Origin: an uncultured Pseudomonadota bacterium
GTDB lineage: Bacteria > Myxococcota_A > Polyangia > Fen-1088
Assembly (NCBI GenBank): GCA_963847705.1
Contig: CAWKBC010000032.1
Span: 96,001 to 160,000, forward strand
Reading direction: 5' to 3'
Length of the DNA stretch: 64,000 bases
The notes below the pieces were generated by a model. It saw nothing but the letters and a program-made list of their open reading frames with translations, was not told where the DNA came from and searched no databases. Positions 1-8,534 of this stretch are shown here, one piece after another; position 1 is the first letter of the stretch, and each line of letters starts with the position of its first letter. The position numbers and the translations under genes were made by a program.

Positions 1-309
1 TCGCTGCGAGAGGTGCTGGAGGACGAAGGTTACGACGTCTCCTGCGTCGGCAACGGGCAGGAGGCGCTCGCGCACCTCAAGGCGGCTTCGCCGCGCCCCT
101 GCGTGATCCTCCTCGACCTGATGATGCCGGTCATGGACGGATGGCAGTTCCGCAAGGAGCAGAAGCTGCACCCCGAGATCGCCGACATCCCGCTGGTGGT
201 CATCACCGCGACCGGCAAGCGCCCGGTTCTGGTCGACGCCGCCGAGCTGGTGATGAAGCCGCTCGATCTGAACCGCCTGTTCGAGGCGGTCCAGCGCTAC
301 TGCGACTGA
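1..309 (+). CDS. Response regulator receiver-domain protein (5'-truncated by window edge)
   Basis: ILLDLMMPVMDG phosphoacceptor motif, VITA, and KP motif; the frame is open from base 1. Confidence 0.9.
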   Translation, partial: SLREVLEDEGYDVSCVGNGQEALAHLKAASPRPCVILLDLMMPVMDGWQFRKEQKLHPEIADIPLVVITATGKRPVLVDAAELVMKPLDLNRLFEAVQRYCD

Positions 310-366
310 GTCGCGGAGAGCGGGTCTCTCGGAGGGCGACGACGTCGGGGGCGGCCGGCGTCTCGC

Positions 367-885
367 CTACATGCCGCCGAGGAACTTCCATTCGTCGCCC
401 TCTTTGGCGAGCAGGAAGCGATGGTAGTCGTTCACCCGGCGGTAGCGATCGCCCGCCTCGGGCGCAGCGATCTCGAACGACCCGTCGACGAACACCTCCA
501 CCTCGGCCTCGGTCCCGGTCACGCGGATGTTGCGGTACTCGATGTCGTAGCGGAGCGACTTGACCCTCGGCAGCTGCTTCTCGAGCACCTGCTTGAGCCC
601 GTCGTAGCCATAGTCGTCGTCGGAGCGGGGTGTCCCGGAGTCCTCGAAATACTTCGGCGAGGCGAGCGCCAGGAGCCCCACCACGTTGCGCTGCATGAGC
701 CGCCGCCGGTACTCTTCGACGGTCTCGATGATCTTGCGGTTCTCCTCGCTACGGACGATCTCGGTGCCGGGGAAGTATTCGCGGTGCGCGCAGCCTGCCG
801 CGAAGCTCCCGCCCAGGGCGATCGCCACCAGCGAGATCGCCATCGCCGCCGCGGGTCCAGAGCGCGTCTGCTGTCGACTGATCAT
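367..885 (-). CDS. Putative lipoprotein with NTF2/DUF4440-like fold
   Basis: Hydrophobic signal ending FAAGC; YFEDSGT..DDYGYDGL and C-terminal EWKFLGGM pattern; start could be 843. Confidence 0.6.
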   Translation of the reverse strand: MISRQQTRSGPAAAMAISLVAIALGGSFAAGCAHREYFPGTEIVRSEENRKIIETVEEYRRRLMQRNVVGLLALASPKYFEDSGTPRSDDDYGYDGLKQVLEKQLPRVKSLRYDIEYRNIRVTGTEAEVEVFVDGSFEIAAPEAGDRYRRVNDYHRFLLAKEGDEWKFLGGM

Positions 886-1065
886 GAGCCCGTTGACAGG
901 CTGCACGAAACGTTCCAGCGGTTGCCCCCGAATTGTCGGGCGTGCGATCGCTGTTTTCTGCCGCTTCGTCGCGCGATCCTGGAACGTTGTGCCAGTTTGG
1001 CAAGCGGGACATCGCCTAGCCCTTTGACCGTAACCGGGATCTGCGATAGTGACGATGTGACGACC

Positions 1066-1395
1066 ATGGGTGATGTTCCTGAGCACGCACGTGAATTTCC
1101 CCGGTTCGAGGTCAACGCTTACGTCGACTACACCGGGAACGAGGTGCTCCTCTTCCACCGCATCCAGAACATCTCGCTCGGGGGCGTCTGCATCCAGACC
1201 TCCGGCGTCGAAGAGGTCGGCACGATGGTCGACCTGGTCCTCAACTTCCCCGAGCTCGACGCCTCCATCGCCGTGACCGGCGAGGTCGTCTGGGCCAACC
1301 GCGAGCCCCCGATGGACATGGGGATCCGCTACGTCGACCTCGACGAGGAGCGCAAAGACACGCTCCGCAAGTACATCAACATGGTGAGAAAGTAG
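1066..1395 (+). CDS. Single-domain PilZ protein (c-di-GMP receptor family)
   Basis: RxxxR (REFPR) and NISLGG motifs, GEVVW, MGIRY. Confidence 0.85.
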   Translation: MGDVPEHAREFPRFEVNAYVDYTGNEVLLFHRIQNISLGGVCIQTSGVEEVGTMVDLVLNFPELDASIAVTGEVVWANREPPMDMGIRYVDLDEERKDTLRKYINMVRK

Positions 1396-1399
1396 ACCG

Positions 1400-2371
1400 C
1401 TAGAGAGCGAGCAATCGGTCGGCGGCGTCGAGGTGGACGCGGACGCTGGCCAGGCGGGCCAGGTAGCGCTGGAAGCGCTTGCCCGGGGCGGCGCCGGCGC
1501 CCTGCTTGAGGTGGACGTCGGTGATGCGGGTGACGGCGAAGCGGCAGGCGGCGAAGCGGAGCTCGGCGCCGAAGCCGGCCCGCTCCTCGGCGCTCGGCGG
1601 CCGTGAGGCGACGTAGGCGTCCAGCAGCGCGCGCGTGATCTCCGGGCGAAAGTCGTCGCGGCCGAAGCCGTACGCCAGCGTCGTCACCGCCAGGTCGTAG
1701 GCCAGCCGACCCCAGGAAGCCTGCTCGAAGTCGAGCAGCGCCGAGAGCGCCTCGCCCGTCGGCAAAAAGAGAACGTTGTCGACGAACAGATCGCCGTGAA
1801 TGAGGCCCATCGGCAGGGCCGGCGCGCGCTCGTTCGCCAGGCTACCGAGCTCGGCCCCGAGGATCGTCGCCGCGGGAACCAGCTCGGGGCGGGCGAGCGC
1901 CGCGATGCCCGCCAGCCGCCGGTCGATCTCCTCCGGTTCGTAGCGACCGGGGCGGCGGTCCGAAAAATCGGCGCCCGCGCGGTGGAGAGCGCCGAGCGCC
2001 GCGCCGACCGCCGTCGCGTGCGCGGGCGTCAGCTCGTCGCGGTCGAGCGTCCGGCCCGGCACCCAGGGGAAGAGCGAGACGATGTGATCCTGCCAGAGCA
2101 GGAACGGGTGACCGGTCGACGAGGTGAGCGGCGCCGGCGTGGGGACGCCGCGCGCGGCGACGTGGGCGACGATGGCCGCCTCGCGCTCCACGTCGTCCAG
2201 CGACTTGCCCTCGTTGATCCGCAGGAAGACCGCCCCACCCTCCGTCTCGACGCGGACGTTAGTGTTGATGGTGCCCACCGGGATCGGGTGGTGCATTCGG
2301 TAGCCGTCGACACCGAAGTCACGCAGGATCGCGCGGACGTCGGCCGCGCCGAGCCTCCGCCACTCAGCCAT
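1400..2371 (-). CDS. thrB: Homoserine kinase type II / APH-family phosphotransferase
   Basis: GTINTN, LIHGDLFVDNVLF, LLDFE, YDLA, RFAVTR motifs. Confidence 0.8.
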   Translation of the reverse strand: MAEWRRLGAADVRAILRDFGVDGYRMHHPIPVGTINTNVRVETEGGAVFLRINEGKSLDDVEREAAIVAHVAARGVPTPAPLTSSTGHPFLLWQDHIVSLFPWVPGRTLDRDELTPAHATAVGAALGALHRAGADFSDRRPGRYEPEEIDRRLAGIAALARPELVPAATILGAELGSLANERAPALPMGLIHGDLFVDNVLFLPTGEALSALLDFEQASWGRLAYDLAVTTLAYGFGRDDFRPEITRALLDAYVASRPPSAEERAGFGAELRFAACRFAVTRITDVHLKQGAGAAPGKRFQRYLARLASVRVHLDAADRLLAL

Positions 2372-3029
2372 GCGCCGGCTGCGCGACCGCGTCTTCCACC
2401 GCGCCCAGGAAGCGCGCGAAGAGCGCCTCCTCGGCGGCCAGCAGCGGCTCGAGCCGCCGCTCCCAGTCGGAGAGATGGGCGTGGAGGCCGGCGGCCATCT
2501 CGTCCAGGTGGCGGTCCTCGTCCTTGGTGATGGCCGCGACCGAGAACCCGGCCTCGTGCGCCTTCAGCATCCGGTCATAGACCGGATAGAAGACCTGCGC
2601 TCGAACTTCGACCGCCGCGCTGGTGAGGAGGTAGTTCGCCTCGGCGCGCTCGGCGGCGGGGAGATCGCCGAGCGCCTCCTCGGCGCGGTGGTCGAGCGCC
2701 TGCAGGTAGTTCTCCGCCGCCTCGCCGGCCAGCGTCGCCCCGCCGGCGAAGGTCCCGACGTCGACGCCGCTCGCCTGGCCCAGCGCCACCGCCGCCTTCT
2801 TGAGCCGCAGTGTGTGCACCGCCTCGTCGAGGATGTGCTGGATCCCGTCGAGGTCGAGCCGCTCGGCGCGCCGGCTCTTCAGGATCTTGCGGACCCCCAC
2901 GTACTCGAGCCGGGCCAGCGTGTTGACGAACCGCGCGTGGAGCCGGGGATCGGGAACGATCCGTTCGAGCAGACGCTCGGTCCGGGCGGCGTTTTGATGG
3001 GCTGCGGATGCTTCGACATACCTGCGCAT
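2364..3029 (-). CDS. Ferritin-like diiron protein
   Basis: NTLARLEYVGVRKI, DEAVH, EVRA..Y and DEDRH (paired ExxH ligands); overlaps the thrB start by 8 nt. Confidence 0.7.
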   Translation of the reverse strand: MRRYVEASAAHQNAARTERLLERIVPDPRLHARFVNTLARLEYVGVRKILKSRRAERLDLDGIQHILDEAVHTLRLKKAAVALGQASGVDVGTFAGGATLAGEAAENYLQALDHRAEEALGDLPAAERAEANYLLTSAAVEVRAQVFYPVYDRMLKAHEAGFSVAAITKDEDRHLDEMAAGLHAHLSDWERRLEPLLAAEEALFARFLGAVEDAVAQPAHG

Positions 3030-3052
3030 CGACGGGCGAAGACTATGCGGAC

Positions 3053-3082
3053 TTGACGGCGTGACGCAACCCTTGGTCTAGT
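3053..3082 (+). promoter_or_regulatory. Putative sigma70-type promoter of the FliA-family sigma gene
   Basis: TTGACG-18 nt-TCTAGT with TG extension, 8 nt before ATG 3091. Confidence 0.4.
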
Positions 3083-3090
3083 CACCTCGG

Positions 3091-3792
3091 ATGGCGGCGT
3101 CGGAAGTCAATCAACTGGTGGAGAAGCACCTGTCGCTGGTGCAGGCGATCGCCCGCAAGGTGAAGAAGACGCTCAACGCGTCGATCGAGCTCGACGATCT
3201 GGTCGGCTATGGCTCGAAGGGGCTGGTGGAGGCGGCGGAGCGCTTCGACGCCCGCCACGGTGTGGCGTTCACGACCTTCGCCTACTACCGGATCCGGGGG
3301 GCGATCTACGACGGCCTGCGGGCCATGGGCTGGTACTCGCGCGCCGACTACGCCCGCTACCGCGCCGAGGAGCGCGCCAACGAGTACCTCCGCAACCGCG
3401 CCGACCGCGAGGGGGCGGGCCAGGCGCAAGCTGGAGCGGCTGCGAGCCCGACCGCTGGCGAGGCGGCCACGCTGGCCGAGGTTCACGAGATCCTGTCGAG
3501 CGTGGCCACCGTGCACATCACCTCGCTCGAGGCCGCTTCGAGCGTCCCCGACGAGAGCCTGCCGGCCGCCGACGTGGCCGTCGACAACCACCGGCTGTCG
3601 CAACGGGTGCGCCGGGCGGTCGCCGGGCTGCCAGAAAAGGAGCGGCGCCTGATGGAGCTGTACTACTTCGCCGACAAGAATCTGGAAGAGGCCGGAGCGG
3701 AGCTGGGGCTCTCCAAATCGTGGGCCTGCCGGCTCCACGCCCGGGCCGTCAATCTGCTCCGCGACGCCATGGACGACGACGACCAGGGCTAG
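3091..3792 (+). CDS. fliA: FliA/WhiG (sigma28) family RNA polymerase sigma factor
   Basis: DDLVGYGSKGLVEAAERFD..F.TFAYYRIRGAIYDGLR region 2; LYYF..NLEEAGAELGLSKSWACRLH region 4. Confidence 0.85.
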   Translation: MAASEVNQLVEKHLSLVQAIARKVKKTLNASIELDDLVGYGSKGLVEAAERFDARHGVAFTTFAYYRIRGAIYDGLRAMGWYSRADYARYRAEERANEYLRNRADREGAGQAQAGAAASPTAGEAATLAEVHEILSSVATVHITSLEAASSVPDESLPAADVAVDNHRLSQRVRRAVAGLPEKERRLMELYYFADKNLEEAGAELGLSKSWACRLHARAVNLLRDAMDDDDQG

Positions 3793-3795
3793 GGC

Positions 3796-3823
3796 GCAAC
3801 CGCGCGGGGCGCGCAGCCGATGA
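3796..3823 (+). promoter_or_regulatory. Putative sigma28-type promoter GCAACC-N14-GCCGATGA (copy 1)
   Basis: The -10 box matches sigma28 consensus GCCGATAA at 7/8; 6 nt before ATG 3830; identical boxes and spacing recur at 10524-10551. Confidence 0.6.
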
Positions 3824-3829
3824 CCCGCC

Positions 3830-4234
3830 ATGCGCATCGCACCCGCCCCGTCCGGAAGGCTTCCTGCCCCGCCCGCCCCGCGAACCTCGGGGGCGGGCAA
3901 GACGTTCACGGCGGTGCTCGACGAGGGCTCGGCGGTCGCTCCATCGGGACAGACGGCGGCGGCCGTCTCCAAGGCCCCCAGCTCACCACCGGCGCGAACG
4001 GCCCCAGGTCCGGCGACGACCCCGCTGCGGGCGATGCTCGAGCGAACGGTCGGCGCCGAAAAGCAGGTCGACGCGCTGCTGGAGGCGGCGGCCCGGGGCA
4101 AGACCTTCACGCCGGCGCAGCTCCTGGCCATGCAGGCGACGGTGGCCAGATACTCGCAGACCGTCGAGGTGGTCTCGCGGGTGGCCGATCGGCTGGTGGG
4201 CGCCGTCAAACAGACGATGGGGACCCAGGTCTGA
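3830..4234 (+). CDS. SctI/HrpB2-like type III secretion inner-rod-like protein
   Basis: Disordered N-terminus; C-terminal PAQLLAMQ..VARYSQTVEVVSRVADRLVGAVKQTMGTQV helix typical of inner-rod proteins; directly upstream of sctJ. Confidence 0.6.
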   Translation: MRIAPAPSGRLPAPPAPRTSGAGKTFTAVLDEGSAVAPSGQTAAAVSKAPSSPPARTAPGPATTPLRAMLERTVGAEKQVDALLEAAARGKTFTPAQLLAMQATVARYSQTVEVVSRVADRLVGAVKQTMGTQV

Positions 4235-4307
4235 AGGGCATTCTGACCGCTCCCCTGGCAGGTCTTCTGGCGGGTTTCGGCATGCATTTTCATGTTATGA
4301 CGCGCCC

Positions 4308-5129
4308 ATGAAGCGGCGGGGTTTTGCGGCGAGGGGGCTGTTGGTGGCGGTCATTGCGACGGCCGCCTGCTCGACCAACATCCTGCACGGGATCGACGAG
4401 CGGTCGGCCAACGACGCCACCGCTGCGCTGGAACGGGCCGGAATCGGCGCGGAAAAGCTGCCCGACGAGGGGGCCTCCACTGGCAGCGGCGCGAGCTACA
4501 CGATCCGCGTCGCGCACGGCGACGGAACCCGCGCGGTCGATCTGCTGGCCGCGCTCGGCCTGCCGCGCGAAAAGCGCCGCGGCTTCGCCGAGACCTATGG
4601 CCAGCCGAGCCTGATCCCGACGCCGTCCGAGGAGCGCGCCCGCTACCTCGACGCCACGGCGGGCGAGATCGAGCGGACGCTCGAGACGGTCGACGGCATC
4701 GTGAGCGCGCGCGTCCACCTGGTGCTGGAGGAGAGCGACCCCCTGGCGGCCGAGGTCAAGCCCAAGAGCGCGGCGCGCGCCGCCGTCCTGCTCAAGGCGC
4801 GGCCCGGCGCCGCCCCGATCGCGGCGGCCGACGTCCAGAAGCTGGTCGCGGGGAGCGTGGCCGGCCTCGACGCGACCGCCGTCAGCGTGGTGGTCACCTC
4901 CGCTGCCGATCCCGGCGAGGCGACGGCAGCAGCGCTCGCGCCGCTCGGCCCCTTGCGACTGTCGCCCGGCACGCGGCCACTGCTGGTCGGCGCCGTGGTG
5001 GCCGCGCTGCTGGTGCTGGCCCTGCTGGCGACGCTGCTCCTCGTCACCGCCCGGCGGCTCGCCGCGCTCGAGCGCGCTGCGGCCGAAAATGATGTCGGGT
5101 TTCCTGGCCCGGCCGCGCCACAGGCATAG
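4308..5129 (+). CDS. sctJ: SctJ/YscJ/HrcJ-family type III secretion inner-membrane ring lipoprotein
   Basis: Lipobox TAAC, LHGIDERSAN, SLIPTPSEERARY, IERTLETVDGIVSARVHLV, KLVAGSVAGL, C-terminal TM helix. Confidence 0.85.
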   Translation: MKRRGFAARGLLVAVIATAACSTNILHGIDERSANDATAALERAGIGAEKLPDEGASTGSGASYTIRVAHGDGTRAVDLLAALGLPREKRRGFAETYGQPSLIPTPSEERARYLDATAGEIERTLETVDGIVSARVHLVLEESDPLAAEVKPKSAARAAVLLKARPGAAPIAAADVQKLVAGSVAGLDATAVSVVVTSAADPGEATAAALAPLGPLRLSPGTRPLLVGAVVAALLVLALLATLLLVTARRLAALERAAAENDVGFPGPAAPQA

Positions 5130-5138
5130 CCCCCGGCG

Positions 5139-5744
5139 TCAGTTGTCGTCGTCGTCGTCGTCGTCGTCGGAGGCGGCCGGCTTGTGGTGGCGGACCACCT
5201 GATCGTCGTCGGCGGCGGGCTTGTCGGCCGGCTTCTTGGCGGAGGCCTCATCGGAGGCGGCGGCCGCCTTGTCGTCGCCTGGCTTCTCGGCGCCTGGCTT
5301 GTCGGCGCCCGGCTTGTCGGCGCCCGGTTTGTCATCGGCCGACCTGTCGGCAGCGGCCGCATGGCCGGCCGACGGTGAGCGCGCCAGCTTGATGGCATGG
5401 GGTTGCGGTCGCGGCTTCGGCTCCGCGGCGGGGATCAACGGAGCGGCTGGAGGCGGCACCAGCTGTTCGATCTGAGGCCGGGGACGCGACGCCGCTGTGG
5501 GCCCTGCGGCCGGCAGGGGCGCCGTCGGGGCGGCAGCGGCGGTGGCCGGTCCGACCGCGCCCCCCTCGAGAAGGCCGTTCCTGGCGACGACAATCAGAAC
5601 GCCGAAGCCGACGCCGAGGACGCTCAGACAACCGAGCATCCCCCAGAACCATCCGGGGAGCGCGCTCTTGTGCATCACGACGCGCGCCGTGTTTTCACCG
5701 GCATTCGCCCGAACACCGGCCGGCGCAGAGTGCCGATTGGCCAT
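5139..5744 (-). CDS. Hypothetical single-pass membrane protein with Pro/Ala-rich region, PGADK repeats and poly-Asp tail
   Basis: One TM segment, GC3-biased frame, TAATCT box 9 nt before ATG. Confidence 0.6.
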   Translation of the reverse strand: MANRHSAPAGVRANAGENTARVVMHKSALPGWFWGMLGCLSVLGVGFGVLIVVARNGLLEGGAVGPATAAAAPTAPLPAAGPTAASRPRPQIEQLVPPPAAPLIPAAEPKPRPQPHAIKLARSPSAGHAAAADRSADDKPGADKPGADKPGAEKPGDDKAAAASDEASAKKPADKPAADDDQVVRHHKPAASDDDDDDDDN

Positions 5745-5783
5745 AGCGGGCGGAGATTACCATAGCGGCGCCGAGGCCCGGGC

Positions 5784-6437
5784 TCACTTGCCGAGCTTGC
5801 GCTTCAGCTCGGCCAGCGCGTCGTCGGCGGCGCTGTCGCTGGCCATCTTGTCGAGGCGTCGCTCGGCGGCGAGGCCGGCGGTCGTTCTCCCGCCCAGCTC
5901 GTCGTCGAGCCCCGCCTCGGCCTCGGTGGCGTCGATGCGGCTCGACATCCGCTCGAACTCACCGAACGCGGAGGTCTTGGCGGTCATCGTCCCGTCGCGG
6001 TTCGAGCGCGCCTTGGCCTTCAAGGTCCCCTGCCGCATCTTGACGTCCTTGAGCCGCGCCTCGAGCGCCTTCAGCGCCGCGGTCAGCTGGTCGCCGTAGA
6101 CCCCCTGCTCCTGCAAGGCCTTCTTGGTGTCGTCGCGCTCGGTCTCCTTCTCGCCCTTGCGGACGAGCGCCTCCTTGGCGAGGCCGTCGTCGCCGGCGCG
6201 GATCGCCAGCTCGGCCTTCTTCTGCCAGTCGGCGATCTCCCCCTCGATGGCCTTCTGTCGCCGCTCGAGCAGCCGCTCGTCGGCGATGCAGCGCGCGACC
6301 TCGGCCCGCGCCTGACGCGCGTAGTCCTCCATGTCGCGGACCATCTGATCGATCCCCTTGCCTGGATCCTGCATGGAGTCGATCGCGTCGTTGACGTTGG
6401 ACTTGATCAGAGTCGAGAGCCTGCCGAGGATGCCCAT
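5784..6437 (-). CDS. pspA: PspA/IM30 family protein
   Basis: MGILGRLSTLIKSNVN..D..DP, W..KAELA..G...LAKEAL, FERM, LAELKRKL. Confidence 0.9.
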   Translation of the reverse strand: MGILGRLSTLIKSNVNDAIDSMQDPGKGIDQMVRDMEDYARQARAEVARCIADERLLERRQKAIEGEIADWQKKAELAIRAGDDGLAKEALVRKGEKETERDDTKKALQEQGVYGDQLTAALKALEARLKDVKMRQGTLKAKARSNRDGTMTAKTSAFGEFERMSSRIDATEAEAGLDDELGGRTTAGLAAERRLDKMASDSAADDALAELKRKLGK

Positions 6438-6475
6438 CGCGCATCAAGGTTAGCGTCACCGCCAGGACATGTCGA

Positions 6476-6523
6476 CCTGCCGCCCTGGCGACCACACGGC
6501 CTGCCGGCCTGGCGACCATGCGG
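6476..6523. repeat. 24-bp imperfect tandem repeat x2 in the pspA/holB divergent intergenic region
   Basis: CCTGCCGCCCTGGCGACCACACGG followed by CCTGCCGGCCTGGCGACCATGCGG. Confidence 0.7.
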
Positions 6524-6587
6524 CCCAGCCGCGACCGCGTGGCCATCACGGCCCGATGCCCCCAATCCCATGTGTTAGGTTTCGCCG

Positions 6588-7664
6588 GTGCGACTCGCAG
6601 ACCTCATCGGCCAGGATCTGGCGCGGGCTGCGCTCGAGCGTGCGATCGCCGGCGGGCGCGTCGCGCACGCCTACGTGTTCGAGGGTCCCGCCGGCGTCGG
6701 CAAGCGGAGCGCCGCGCTCGGGCTGGCGATGGCGCTCGACTGTCCGGTCGCGCCCGGCGCCGGCTGCGGCGCTTGCGAGATCTGCCGCCGCATCGAGGCG
6801 GGCCTCCACCCCGACGTGCCGAGCTTCGGTCCGTCCGGTCCCGGGGGCCAGATCGTCATCGACGACATCCGCGCCATCTTGGCCCTGACCCGCACCCGGC
6901 CCCACGAGGCGCGGGCGCGGGTGATCGTGGTCGACGACGCGGACGCGATGAATCCGAGCTCGGCCAACGGCCTCCTCAAGACGCTGGAGGAGCCGCTGGC
7001 CGGCAACCACCTGGTCCTCTGCACGGGCGCGCCCGATCGGCTGCTGCCGACGGTCCGCTCGCGCGCGCAGCGCATCCGATTCCGCGCGCTCAGCCCGGCC
7101 GCGCTGGCCGAGATCGCGCGGGCGCGCGGCCTCCCCGAGGCACGCGCCGAGATCGCGGTCGCCCTGGCCGACGGCTCGGCGGCGCGGATGCTGGAAGCGG
7201 CCGGGGCCAGGACCGGCAACGGAGAGGGAAGCGGAGAGGACGACGCGGCCGACGGCGACGGCGAGAGCGGCCTCGGACAGGCGCTCGGCGCGCTCCGGCG
7301 TGCGGTCTCGACGCCAGGCGCCGGCCAGCTGTTCGATGCCGTCCAGGCGCTCACGGCCGAAAAAGAGAGCAAGGCGGATCTCCCCCGTCTGGTGGCGCTG
7401 CTCGGGGGCCTTTATCGCGACGCGATGGCGGTGGCGGCGGGGGCCCCCGAGCTGGCGACGCTGGCGCGCGTCGGGGATCCGCAAGCGCTCGCCGCGCTGG
7501 GCCTCGACCGCCTCGGCCGGGCCGTCACGGCCATCGTCGACGTGCAGCTGGCGCTGCAGGTCAACGTCAATCCGACCCTGGCGCTCGAACGGTTGCTGAT
7601 CGCGCTCAAGCGGCAAGAACGACAGCCGGAACGGCCACGAGAACGACAGGAGCCACGCGCGTGA
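6588..7664 (+). CDS. holB: DNA polymerase III delta' subunit
   Basis: HAYVFEGPAGVGK, CGACEIC, HPDV, ANGLLKTLEEP, LLPTVRSR. Confidence 0.92.
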   Translation: MRLADLIGQDLARAALERAIAGGRVAHAYVFEGPAGVGKRSAALGLAMALDCPVAPGAGCGACEICRRIEAGLHPDVPSFGPSGPGGQIVIDDIRAILALTRTRPHEARARVIVVDDADAMNPSSANGLLKTLEEPLAGNHLVLCTGAPDRLLPTVRSRAQRIRFRALSPAALAEIARARGLPEARAEIAVALADGSAARMLEAAGARTGNGEGSGEDDAADGDGESGLGQALGALRRAVSTPGAGQLFDAVQALTAEKESKADLPRLVALLGGLYRDAMAVAAGAPELATLARVGDPQALAALGLDRLGRAVTAIVDVQLALQVNVNPTLALERLLIALKRQERQPERPRERQEPRA

Positions 7665-8530
7665 GCGACCCAGGCGCCCGGATGATCAACATCGCCGGCG
7701 TGAAGCTGGATCCCCGCGGCCGCGTGCTGGCCTGCGACGCCGGCGGCCTGGTGCTGCGCCACGGCGAGCAGGTCGTGGTCGACGACGGGCGGGAGACTGA
7801 CGTGGGGACGGTGGCGGTGGCCTCCGCACAGCGTCCCGAGGCCCCTGGGACGACAAAGGCGGCGACGGCGGCAACGCTGCCGCGCATCCTGCGTCGCGCC
7901 GAGCCGGACGATCTCGCTCGGGTGCGCGCCGCGGTCGAGCGGGCGGCCGAGGCGCGGGCCTTCGCGCGCGAGCGCGCCGCCGCCCAGCAGCTGGGGATCA
8001 AGATCTTCCGCGTCGACTTCCAGCGGGGCGGACGCGCGATCTTCTATTTCGCCTCCGAAGCGCGCGTCGACTTCCGGGACCTGGTGCGCGATCTGGCCGC
8101 CCGCTATCACACCCGCATCGAGCTGCGGCAGGTCGGCGTGCGCGACGAGGCCAAGATGGTGGGCGGCATCGGGTCGTGCGGCCGCGAGCTCTGCTGCACG
8201 ACCTTCCTGCCGAAGTTCGCCCCGGTGTCGATCAAGATGGCCAAGCACCAGAACCTGGCGATGGCGCCCACCAAGGTGTCCGGGCAATGCGGCCGTCTCA
8301 AGTGCTGCCTGGTCTACGAGGACGCGACCTACGTGGAGGCGGCCGCCGCGCTCCCCAAGATCGGCAAGCGTGTGGCAACCCCCGACGGTGTCGGTCGCGT
8401 CGGCGACCTCGACGTGCTGCGCGGCCGGGTGCGCGTCTACTTCGACGGCCAGCCCCCCAAGACCTTCACCGCCGACGACCTGCAGCCCGCGCCCCCACCC
8501 CCTGCCCCACCACGAAGCCCCGAGCGATAG
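7661..8530 (+). CDS. ricT: PSP1-domain protein (RicT/YaaT family)
   Basis: RVDFRDLVRDLA, RIELRQVGVRDEAK, GGIGSCGRELCC, SGQCGRLKCCLVYE; start 7661 (GTG) or 7682. Confidence 0.9.
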   Translation: MSDPGARMINIAGVKLDPRGRVLACDAGGLVLRHGEQVVVDDGRETDVGTVAVASAQRPEAPGTTKAATAATLPRILRRAEPDDLARVRAAVERAAEARAFARERAAAQQLGIKIFRVDFQRGGRAIFYFASEARVDFRDLVRDLAARYHTRIELRQVGVRDEAKMVGGIGSCGRELCCTTFLPKFAPVSIKMAKHQNLAMAPTKVSGQCGRLKCCLVYEDATYVEAAAALPKIGKRVATPDGVGRVGDLDVLRGRVRVYFDGQPPKTFTADDLQPAPPPPAPPRSPER

Positions 8531-8534
8531 GATC

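Noticed and set aside
3091-5129. FliA plus ring protein as a flagellar locus (FliF)
   Set aside because: The ring protein is about 270 aa with a lipobox (SctJ type), and no flagellar genes are present
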